IMG/VR virus record: IMGVR_UViG_3300021964_000017
Source of the DNA: a virus
Length of the DNA stretch: 64,000 bases
Strand: one strand, 5' to 3'
Positions 56,504 to 64,000 of the stretch are shown here, piece by piece. A program made the translations under genes and the position numbers. The notes below the pieces were generated by a model. It saw only the letters and a program-made list of their open reading frames with translations. It had not been told where the DNA came from and searched no databases. How positions within the stretch are numbered: the first letter of the stretch is position 1; each line of letters begins with the position of its first letter.

Positions 56504-56734
56504 CTACTGGGCTTGATGAATGTGATGAGGAGGAACTCGATGTGCTGCTTTACCAGTTTCGACATGAGCATAAGACCGACCGCCCATTGACTTCATGCCT
56601 TTATAAGTACCAGTAACTTTTTCGCCTGTTCTCTGATGCGTGAAAGATACTTCTTTGCCCTTCATAGGCTTGAGTTTAGCCTTAGCGGCCTTAACTGCAT
56701 CTTCCTGCAGTGAGTGGTTTTGAAATGATTGCAT
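56504..56734 (-). CDS. Small basic internal head protein
   Basis: CTS-like MQSFQNHSLQE; own late promoter TATAAATA at 56772-56779. Confidence 0.55.
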   Translation of the reverse strand: MQSFQNHSLQEDAVKAAKAKLKPMKGKEVSFTHQRTGEKVTGTYKGMKSMGGRSYAHVETGKAAHRVPPHHIHQAQ

Positions 56735-56774
56735 CTTTAAGATCCCATAAGATTAAGTGTATATACAGTCTTAT

Positions 56775-57158
56775 TTATACATCTTCATATCGCGAAACGG
56801 AACCGTTCTCACCATCTTCTGATACTTCTATTTCAATGGATCGTCCAGGATACTTAGCATTGATAAGTTCTGCAAGCTCGTCTGAAACCATCTCACAAGA
56901 TCTGTAGTCAAGTGTGAGTGTTCCGTCAGAATATAGACGCTCAAGCCAACGCTTAAACTGAATAAACTCAATGTCACGATCATCATGAAAAACCTCAATA
57001 CCCACCCGAAAATGGAAAATGTGCCGATGAGGATAGCCCAGAAAGCTAACATCATCCCAACCACCAGTAGCAAGTTTAGGATCATCTAATGCTGCAGGAT
57101 ACTTATGTATCCCCTCCTTTTTGAATGTTACCCATATTTGATTAAATACTTTTTTCAT
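56775..57158 (-). CDS. QueD-paralog T-fold enzyme (DpdL-like, predicted CDG decarboxylase)
   Basis: LGYPHRHIF (LxxxHRHxF), DRDIEF, SCE, VSEDGENG. Confidence 0.7.
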   Translation of the reverse strand: MKKVFNQIWVTFKKEGIHKYPAALDDPKLATGGWDDVSFLGYPHRHIFHFRVGIEVFHDDRDIEFIQFKRWLERLYSDGTLTLDYRSCEMVSDELAELINAKYPGRSIEIEVSEDGENGSVSRYEDV

Positions 57159-57487
57159 TAGCGAATTGCCTCGTATCGGTTACGTTTTACTGAATGTTCA
57201 TAGGGGTTCATGTCGATATTATACTTTGGTCTTGTATAACGAATCAACGCACCCTCTTCAATTTCAATTTGCTGTTTAGTGCATTCTTTAGGTTCTTGAG
57301 CCCAACGAACGGTCCAATCTTGACCAATGGTAATCAGAGCTTCTCGGAACAAGGTAGAACTATATCCCTTCTCCTTCCACTGTCTATGATTCTCTTCAAG
57401 ACCACCTAAATACCATTTAGACGTTGATCCCTGATAGACCACCTCATTTCCATCTAACCATTCATAGATTCCATACTTATACGCCAT
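57158..57487 (-). CDS. GIY-YIG nuclease-like protein
   Basis: GIY..VVYQG.T..E..LI....PKYN. Confidence 0.6.
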   Translation of the reverse strand: MAYKYGIYEWLDGNEVVYQGSTSKWYLGGLEENHRQWKEKGYSSTLFREALITIGQDWTVRWAQEPKECTKQQIEIEEGALIRYTRPKYNIDMNPYEHSVKRNRYEAIR

Positions 57488-58222
57488 AACCCTGGCCTTT
57501 CATAATAAAGTTATTCATAGCAAGAATCATACGATCTTTCTTCATGTAAGACAACTGATTAATCAATGTGTAATTGGGTGCGCGCGCATTTTCAATCAAT
57601 GCTTTACAATACGCTTCACACTCATCGCGATCCATAGTTTGGATTGCAGAATAGAATTCAAGCTGCTGTTGTTCTTTGATCTTAGCGTTTTTCATTATAT
57701 ATAATAAATCCCATACTGTTTTTTTGCTTTGGTAGTATTCAGCTTCGGCATTTCAATTAACTCTACTCCCGCAGTTTCATACATTTCCTTCCAACAGTCA
57801 ACGCCAAAAACGAAGTCCTTTTGAAAATGCTTCAATCGCATATTCTCATCTGCTGTTGTGATGGTTGTTACTAGATTGGTGAACCACATATCAATATAAT
57901 CCTGAAAGGATAATGTGTGTGGTAAACAGAGAATGTGCTCAGCAACATTCTTATGAGTGATGGGATGCTCGACAGCAGTTCTTTGACCGCCTACCGGTTT
58001 GATCCCTTTCTTTTTATTGATAATAGTTTCTAAAGCTGCTTTACTAACAAGGCCTGTCTTATTGCCTCGGAATCCTGCTTCTGTAAGCATACCTTCTATT
58101 TGCCTGCGGGCTCTTGACTTTTGAGTCTTTGATAAGCTATTCCAGTTTTCTTTCACCTGGACATATACACCATATGCCAACTCGTAGTTAAATTTTACGT
58201 CTTCGAAAGTTATCTTCGCCAT
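57477..58222 (-). CDS. Two early hypothetical genes (57477-57695, 57695-58222)
   Basis: Behind the early promoter at 58254-58282; the larger has an EH..T..EN motif reminiscent of HNH-like folds. Confidence 0.55.
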
Positions 58223-58293
58223 AGGTCACTACTCCATTTTTGATATACCTATAGGTATACCATACAGTCGAATAGAAGTCAACAGTTAATTAA

Positions 58294-58575
58294 TTAAACA
58301 CCAAAACTTTCTCCACAACCACAGTTAGCGGTTGCGTTGGGGTTGATTACTTTAAGGTAGGACCCACCCAACTCTTTCACATAATCAATTGTGCATCCAA
58401 AGATAAACATCTCAGCCATAGGATCAAGCCATAGGTTGTCTATGGTAGGTTCTTTATCAGTAGTGCCCCACACATACTGAAAACCAGCACATCCCCCGCC
58501 TTTGACAGCGAGGGACACATTTGGATCACCAACTTCCAGCATGTATTGCTTTGCTGATTCAGTTAAAGTAATCAT
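58294..58575 (-). CDS. A-type Fe-S carrier (HesB/IscA family)
   Basis: GGGCAGFQY, IDY, NPNA..CGCGESF. Confidence 0.9.
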   Translation of the reverse strand: MITLTESAKQYMLEVGDPNVSLAVKGGGCAGFQYVWGTTDKEPTIDNLWLDPMAEMFIFGCTIDYVKELGGSYLKVINPNATANCGCGESFGV

Positions 58576-58930
58576 TTTAGATACTTGTTTACCATCTCTA
58601 GTAGATCATCATATTTAGCTACTTCATCGAGTTCTTTTTCAATCTCCTCAATGATATCACCATTGTTACCAACTCCAACTGGATTGTTAAGCAACACTTC
58701 TACATTTGCTAAGTGTTTATCAACATGACCCTTTGCATGTGATACGAAGCATTCTAATAGGCGTTCTTTCATTGATCTTCCTTCCGTTTATCTACAACTT
58801 CTTCCAACACACCTAGGACTTCTGCTAGGATAATGAATACACCACCCCATAGTAGGCTACCATAGATGAAAGCAGCACCAGCAACAAAGCGCAGGCCACT
58901 CTTAACAAAACTTACATTCATGTGATTCAT
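58572..58930 (-). CDS. Two small genes (58572-58772; 58769-58930, a membrane peptide)
   Basis: H.ANVEV.L.NPVG.G; hand translation SFVKSGLR..AEVLGVLEE. Confidence 0.55.
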
Positions 58931-59640
58931 TATACACGATTCCCCGCGAACTGTTGTTGCATTTTAATATAGTCAAGGAATTCATTCTTGACAGATGGAT
59001 TAAAGAACTGACCACGCAGCTCACACGTTTGAGTCAATGAGCTATGAGCCATGATACCACGGTTCTCACAACATCCATGAGTCCCTTGAATATATACAGC
59101 CAAGTCTTTTGCGCCTGTATGTGCTGCAATCTCATTAGCAATGTCTTGCGTAAGCTCTTCTTGCAGAGTCCCACGACGTGCACAGTGCTGAGCTATACGA
59201 GTGTATTTAGACAAACCAATTACTTTAACACTAGGAATCAGACCAATATATGCTACACCTGATACCGGCTGGTGGTGATGTGAACACATAGACTTAATCT
59301 CAGAACGTACAACAATCATACCACCATAACGAGTATCAATATCGTCGTTGGGGAATGCTGTAACAGATGGCTGAGGGTCATAACGACCAGCCATAGTCTC
59401 GTTTACATACATCTTAGCCAGACGACGAGCTGTACCCATAGAGTTAGGATCTTCATTCTGATCAATAATCAAAGAGCTAAGGACACCACGAAACTTCTCT
59501 TCGAGCTCATCAATAAGCTCCCATTTCTCTTCTTCACTAATAAACTCCGCGATGTTGTCATTAGCCCAATAGCGAGCTCCTGCTTCATCAATGCGGTCCT
59601 TAATTACATCAGAAATGTTCATTTGTTTTCCTTTTACCAT
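58930..59640 (-). CDS. folE: GTP cyclohydrolase I
   Basis: SMCSHHH, IGLSKY.R, LQE.LT, HGCCE.RG. Confidence 0.93.
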   Translation of the reverse strand: MVKGKQMNISDVIKDRIDEAGARYWANDNIAEFISEEEKWELIDELEEKFRGVLSSLIIDQNEDPNSMGTARRLAKMYVNETMAGRYDPQPSVTAFPNDDIDTRYGGMIVVRSEIKSMCSHHHQPVSGVAYIGLIPSVKVIGLSKYTRIAQHCARRGTLQEELTQDIANEIAAHTGAKDLAVYIQGTHGCCENRGIMAHSSLTQTCELRGQFFNPSVKNEFLDYIKMQQQFAGNRV

Positions 59641-59641
59641 A

Positions 59642-60079
59642 TTAATCTTTCTCCCAAGGAAATACTATCCAACGATCGTCGCTCAAAGTCAACGCTGCAG
59701 TTGCTGGATGTGTAGTTTCGAGCTTCTGGACTAGAGAGATAAACATTACATTGGATCGAGCTCCATGATATGCTTTACTAATCTCACTAAATGTACGCCC
59801 AGTATCATTGATATCATCCACAAAGACAACACGAGATCCTGTGTCAATCAATTGTTGAATGTAACTATTATGCTCACACTTATTGACGTCTCGCGTCTGC
59901 CATATAATCGTTTGCAGTGGTCGATCTAGGTGATGCGACAAGTGGAGAGCTGGAAGAAGACCTCCTCTTGTAATACCTACAATAACGTCAGGTTTAAACT
60001 TAGATACATCATGAACAAGATTCATGTTCATTGATTCTACATCATTGTAGTCCAAATAGATTTTATTTTTAAACTTCAT
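59642..60079 (-). CDS. Purine phosphoribosyltransferase (Gpt-like)
   Basis: RGGL.PA, VDDINDTGRT, WIVFPWE. Confidence 0.85.
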   Translation of the reverse strand: MKFKNKIYLDYNDVESMNMNLVHDVSKFKPDVIVGITRGGLLPALHLSHHLDRPLQTIIWQTRDVNKCEHNSYIQQLIDTGSRVVFVDDINDTGRTFSEISKAYHGARSNVMFISLVQKLETTHPATAALTLSDDRWIVFPWEKD

Positions 60080-61020
60080 TATGTACCAATCGCATTACCA
60101 AAGAGATACACATGCATGCGACCAGATACGTTATAGCCACGCTCAAATGCCATCTTAGCTACATCACCTGCTGTCTCTTCTTGCTCTTCGAGTCTGGCAC
60201 CTGTTGGCATGATCCAGATTGGATACTTAACACCAGCATCACGGAACAATGTTACAACTTCATCTAGCTCGTCCCATTGATCTTGCTCAGGTCCTACAAC
60301 AAACTTTAGTTGACCTTTATCAGACACATCGTAGTACGATTTAACAATCTCTGGCTTGATGGCTTTCTCACGTTTCTCGCCAGCTACAGTCCATAGCTTA
60401 GGTGATACAGAGAAGAATGCTTCTGGCTTAAACAGAGGTGACTTAACCAGCTTAACAAAGTCATCTGATAGACGCTGTGTACCATTAGTCTCCCATGTAA
60501 TCGACGAAGGTAGGTTCTCTGCAGCGTTATAAGACGTCTCTGCAATAGGTCCACCAGGCATAATAGTCAATGCATCGTAGATGTCAAGGAAAGCCATCTG
60601 AGATAGTTTCATCAAAGGCTCACCACCAGTAATACACAAATGATTGTGATGACCAGACAAAGGATGACGGAACCAACCTTCTGGGTTGTGTTCATTCTTC
60701 ATAATGTCTACGAGCTTCTGAGCCAACTCAGGTCCTGTAGCTTGACCCATCAAGTGCTTATACTTCTTAGACCAAGTATATGACGAGTCACACCCTTTCT
60801 CCCACACAGGAAGATCTTCAACACGTTCTACTTTAGATGCATCAAACTCTGCATAAGGCAACTCGTATGTCTCAGGCTTAGTCGGAAACTTCTGACCGAA
60901 GCCATCACATTGTAAGTTACACAAGAAGAATCTTATCCAGGCAGTAGGGACACCAGTGTAGTGTCCCTCACCTTGAATCGAATGGAAGATTTCACTATAC
61001 GTGTATTTCCTATCCGTCAT
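60079..61020 (-). CDS. queE: 7-carboxy-7-deazaguanine synthase (radical SAM)
   Basis: EIF.SIQGEG, CNLQC..(long insert)..CDS, TGGEP, ETNG, SVSPK, R.H. Confidence 0.9.
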   Translation of the reverse strand: MTDRKYTYSEIFHSIQGEGHYTGVPTAWIRFFLCNLQCDGFGQKFPTKPETYELPYAEFDASKVERVEDLPVWEKGCDSSYTWSKKYKHLMGQATGPELAQKLVDIMKNEHNPEGWFRHPLSGHHNHLCITGGEPLMKLSQMAFLDIYDALTIMPGGPIAETSYNAAENLPSSITWETNGTQRLSDDFVKLVKSPLFKPEAFFSVSPKLWTVAGEKREKAIKPEIVKSYYDVSDKGQLKFVVGPEQDQWDELDEVVTLFRDAGVKYPIWIMPTGARLEEQEETAGDVAKMAFERGYNVSGRMHVYLFGNAIGT

Positions 61021-61198
61021 GCGTCTTCGCCTTTTCTACATTGTATCCATTACCATTAGGAAGCTCGGTCCAGATGATAGTATCACCTGGCTTCCAGTTC
61101 ATAGTATCCAACAAATCGTCAGGAAACTCAAGGAATAATTCTCCACTTGAGTCTGCTTGAACAGTTAGAAACTTTTTATTGAGAATAGCTTTGACCAT
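61010..61198 (-). CDS. AbrB/MazE-like small protein
   Basis: L.FPDDLL...WKPGD.I.W. Confidence 0.6.
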   Translation of the reverse strand: MVKAILNKKFLTVQADSSGELFLEFPDDLLDTMNWKPGDTIIWTELPNGNGYNVEKAKTHDG

Positions 61199-61206
61199 AA
61201 TAACTC

Positions 61207-61674
61207 CTAAGCATTGTATGCAATGCCACTAGTGGCATTATAGATGGCGCTATTGGCTCCATGCTCTGCACATTCCACAGAGACAACCCAACAACGATTA
61301 TCTGTCATTTCTCTTACTAATTTATCTGCAAAGTTGTATGCATGCTTAGCAAACATCTCTACACCCACACCATCTAGAATCGTAAGCTCGGCTAGTCCAT
61401 TACTTGCTAGAAACTCAAACTTAGGAAGATGAGGATCTGTGCTATCCAATACTACCTTATGATCGAATGTATCTTCAAGCCAGGCTTTCAGAGGTTTCAA
61501 CCCACCAAAGTCTACTACCCAATTGCGTTCATCCAGCTCAGCAGCTTGGAATGTAAACTTGAATGCTAGTGAATATCCATGCAAGAACTTGCAATGTGAA
61601 TGAGCGTTTGGTTGTCTAAAACAAGCGCTGAGGCCAATATTATGGCCATATGTTTTTGTACTACAATAAGGCAC
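61207..61674 (-). CDS. queD: 6-carboxy-tetrahydropterin synthase
   Basis: C.FLHGY, WVVDFG, FDH, E..A. Confidence 0.9.
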   Translation of the reverse strand: MPYCSTKTYGHNIGLSACFRQPNAHSHCKFLHGYSLAFKFTFQAAELDERNWVVDFGGLKPLKAWLEDTFDHKVVLDSTDPHLPKFEFLASNGLAELTILDGVGVEMFAKHAYNFADKLVREMTDNRCWVVSVECAEHGANSAIYNATSGIAYNA

Positions 61675-61906
61675 TTTGAATGTTTCCTTCCAGTTTCTTA
61701 ATTCCTAAAGCCCAGTTCTCTGCAGCATCTTCAACATAACTAATAGACTTGTTAGGAAAATCTTCTTCAAAGAACTTAACATCATTATCGTCAAAATACT
61801 TAATAAAGGCAACTTCTTCTTTGAAGTCCATCCAAACTTCAGCGTATCCCTTTCCAAAGTCTGACCAGTATGTTGAAATCTTCCTTTGACGACTTTCTGT
61901 GGACAT
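61661..61906 (-). CDS. Conserved hypothetical protein
   Basis: KS..YVEDAAENWALG. Confidence 0.6.
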   Translation of the reverse strand: MSTESRQRKISTYWSDFGKGYAEVWMDFKEEVAFIKYFDDNDVKFFEEDFPNKSISYVEDAAENWALGIKKLEGNIQSALL

Positions 61907-61910
61907 TATA

Positions 61911-62597
61911 CTACTCCTTTATGAAATTGGCAACAGGGGGATAGATGTTAGATATAGCATCTGCTACTGCTATCGCAATATCCATATGTTCCTTCTGTGT
62001 ACCGTTAGCTGAACGAAGTTCGATATAATGAATCCATGATCTAATAGTACCATTCACATACAATCTAGAAACGGTATTGCCTTCTGGTAGAACAGCTCGA
62101 GCTTGTTCTTTAGCAATACCTGCTTCAATAGCCCAATCATAAGCATTCTTAGCTGCTTCGATTACTATTTGCTGATGGGCATGCCACGCTCTTTGAAGAT
62201 GTTCATCATCTGTCTCAATAGAGTTCTGACGATTTTTCATATCTTGTAGACGGCATTCCCGAATTACAAAATCATTATTAAGATCGCGGACGTCAGCATA
62301 CCGCTGAGAAAACTCTTGGAATGAGAATGATCGGTGGCGGAGGAGCTGCCGTGCAATATCTCTGGTTGTTTCGATTTCAATGCAGGCTGATGCCATTTCA
62401 AATGGGGACCAGTGCTTGTGTTTAATGAGATACTCAAGTAGCTTTGGTGTTGTCTTCGTGTTAGCTTGGTTTGCTGGATTGGAGACACGCGCTGCGTAAG
62501 CGATGAGGTCTTGGATATTGTCGAGCCCCGTCGGTGCAAGTTCGCCAGCGTGGATTCGAAAGCTGGGTTGACTATAGGAAATGAGTTTAGCATGCAT
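61911..62597 (-). CDS. thyX: Flavin-dependent thymidylate synthase
   Basis: HWSPFE, RHRSFSFQEFSQRY, EQAR.VLP, TQKEH. Confidence 0.95.
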   Translation of the reverse strand: MHAKLISYSQPSFRIHAGELAPTGLDNIQDLIAYAARVSNPANQANTKTTPKLLEYLIKHKHWSPFEMASACIEIETTRDIARQLLRHRSFSFQEFSQRYADVRDLNNDFVIRECRLQDMKNRQNSIETDDEHLQRAWHAHQQIVIEAAKNAYDWAIEAGIAKEQARAVLPEGNTVSRLYVNGTIRSWIHYIELRSANGTQKEHMDIAIAVADAISNIYPPVANFIKE

Positions 62598-62710
62598 TAA
62601 CCCTGACCTCGATTCTTCTTATAGCTACGTTTTTTCGATTTGTTCATAGAAGACATCTTGATATTTCGTTTGCCAATAGAAGTCTTTTTACTGTTAGTTA
62701 TACCCTTCAT
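62597..62710 (-). CDS. Small basic peptide ending RGQG (37 aa)
   Basis: Hand translation MKGITNSKKTSIGKRNIKMSSMNKSKKRSYKKNRGQG. Confidence 0.6.
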   Translation of the reverse strand: MKGITNSKKTSIGKRNIKMSSMNKSKKRSYKKNRGQG

Positions 62711-62716
62711 AGTACC

Positions 62717-63199
62717 TCACACTTGTTTGTACCAGATAAGATCTGGTCCGGTTTCGTACGTTACGATTGTTTCTGTTATAGCTTGTTTAACCCACGGTTG
62801 ATTAATGTCATGACCACACATATATCCTCCAGATCGGACCTTAGGTAGCCAGTTAATAATGTCTTTCTTTACGGATTCGTATTTATGATCAGCATCGATA
62901 AACACAAAGTCTAACGATACATCATCAATGTGTCTATGAGCTGTAAATGTAGATTCTCGTAAGATAATAGAGTTGCTATTAGTCTTACAATCTTCAACCA
63001 ACTGTTTATACCAATTGATAAAGATAGGTTTATGAGTCCACAGATCAACACCATAGAGGGTTAGGGTTGGACATGTCTCTAACAGATGTCTGTAAGTAAC
63101 ACCTTCATGCACCCCTAGTTCCGCTCCTCTAGTAAAGTTATTGTCTTTGACTAGTTTCTCTAGCCACAGCTTTCTATGATTATCTGGATGCGCTACCAT
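62717..63199 (-). CDS. Class I SAM methyltransferase (Methyltransf_24-like)
   Basis: AELGV.EG, GVD.W, DFVFIDADH.Y, GG...GHD. Confidence 0.8.
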   Translation of the reverse strand: MVAHPDNHRKLWLEKLVKDNNFTRGAELGVHEGVTYRHLLETCPTLTLYGVDLWTHKPIFINWYKQLVEDCKTNSNSIILRESTFTAHRHIDDVSLDFVFIDADHKYESVKKDIINWLPKVRSGGYMCGHDINQPWVKQAITETIVTYETGPDLIWYKQV

Positions 63200-63202
63200 G
63201 TT

Positions 63203-64000
63203 CTATTCCATCTTAAAGTCATTAAATCTTTCTGCAGTCTTTGACTTATCGAATGCAGGTGAATCATCCACAACTCCTTCCTCGGGGTTATCTACATCAT
63301 ACAACCTCATCCGCGAGCGGTCAATGCCTAACACGAATCTTTTCTTAAAGTTGGGATCATTATATCGATTCTTCAATTGCTTGACCATAACCTGTCCGAG
63401 CGATTCTAGTTCTTCTGATGATACCAGAGCAAACATTAGATCTGCCGTTGCGGGTAGTCCAAAAGATTCGGACGTGTCTTCAAGCCCAGGATCCGAGCTA
63501 GTATAACCACTACGAGTCGTCTGCGTTGCAGATACGACCGGTACGTCAAACTCGACCGCAAGGCCACGAAGCTCTTCAGCAATTGCTTTAATGTATGTGT
63601 AGGAATTGATTGACCCTCCCATGCCTTTCATACGAGACGAAGAACAGATATTCAGATAGTCAATAAAGATCATCTCTGGGACAAAGTTCTTCTTTAGTTT
63701 AAGTTCATTAAGTAGAGCTCTAAAGTGACCCGCATGGGCAGCTCCAGTTGGATATTCTTTAATGATCAACTTACCATTGCTGCCAGTAGCAATATCTTCT
63801 ACTTTTGACGTCAGCATAGGTTTAGATATGTGCTGCAACTGATCTAGTGGTATATTGAGCAGGTTAGCATCTATACGTTCAGCAATACGCTCTTCTGCCA
63901 TTTCCATGGTAATATATAGGACGTTTCTACCCTGAGCAAGAACATTACCTGCAACATGACACATAAACAATGACTTACCAACACCAGTACCAGCCAGGCA
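63203..64000 (-). CDS. 41: Replicative helicase gp41 (C-terminal part; start outside the window)
   Basis: Walker A LAGTGVGKS at the edge; TMEMAEE, IDYLN, SATQ, SESFGLP, KQLKNRY. Confidence 0.95.
   Translation of the reverse strand, partial: CLAGTGVGKSLFMCHVAGNVLAQGRNVLYITMEMAEERIAERIDANLLNIPLDQLQHISKPMLTSKVEDIATGSNGKLIIKEYPTGAAHAGHFRALLNELKLKKNFVPEMIFIDYLNICSSSRMKGMGGSINSYTYIKAIAEELRGLAVEFDVPVVSATQTTRSGYTSSDPGLEDTSESFGLPATADLMFALVSSEELESLGQVMVKQLKNRYNDPNFKKRFVLGIDRSRMRLYDVDNPEEGVVDDSPAFDKSKTAERFNDFKME

Noticed and set aside
58277-58297. CtrA boxes at early promoters (TTAAC half-sites)
   Set aside because: The full TTAA-N7-TTAA spacing is not consistently present across copies.
55562-61674. 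Queuosine tRNA-modification pathway as an auxiliary metabolic function
   Set aside because: No queC, queF or queA is in the window. The TGT-fold protein lacks the canonical Tgt zinc motif and sits with a DpdL-like gene, which favours DNA modification.
1-64000. CRISPR array, integrase or IS element
   Set aside because: I saw no regularly spaced direct repeats and no recombinase or transposase motifs. The recurring GTCAACAGTTA is a promoter motif at irregular spacing.

Overview
A 64-kb segment of a large T4-like myophage genome, most likely a marine phage of Alphaproteobacteria. The host inference rests on a circularly permuted two-piece tmRNA with tag ANNNFAPSGLALAA and on sigma70 promoters that mostly lack the -7T. 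Left to right the window holds: T4 core virion and replication genes (gp53, 48, 4, 2, 54-like, 26/51, tape-measure-like, 32, 33); early accessory genes behind a repeated TAACTGTTGAC promoter; tRNA-Trp and tRNA-Arg; a glycosyl/sulfo/methyltransferase cluster; glutaredoxin, phoH, RNase H and class II RNR; spanins; a late operon of capsid-targeted proteins (HxGH nucleotidyltransferase, KxDG ligase-like protein, PD-(D/E)xK nuclease); a 7.5-kb late-promoter-driven biosynthetic-type cluster; a secreted pilin/chaperone-like operon; the tmRNA; a 7-deazaguanine DNA-modification locus (folE, queD, queE, dpdL-like, dpdA3-like, no queC in the window); thyX; and part of the gp41 helicase. The best candidate for an undescribed system is the 37.5-44.9 kb cluster. 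It encodes a radical SAM enzyme, five cupin oxygenases, two TauD-fold enzymes, and SDR, SGNH, GNAT-like and sulfotransferase-like proteins. One TauD-fold enzyme has the HxA signature of non-heme iron halogenases. All calls come from reading motifs by eye; no database searches or folding programs were run.
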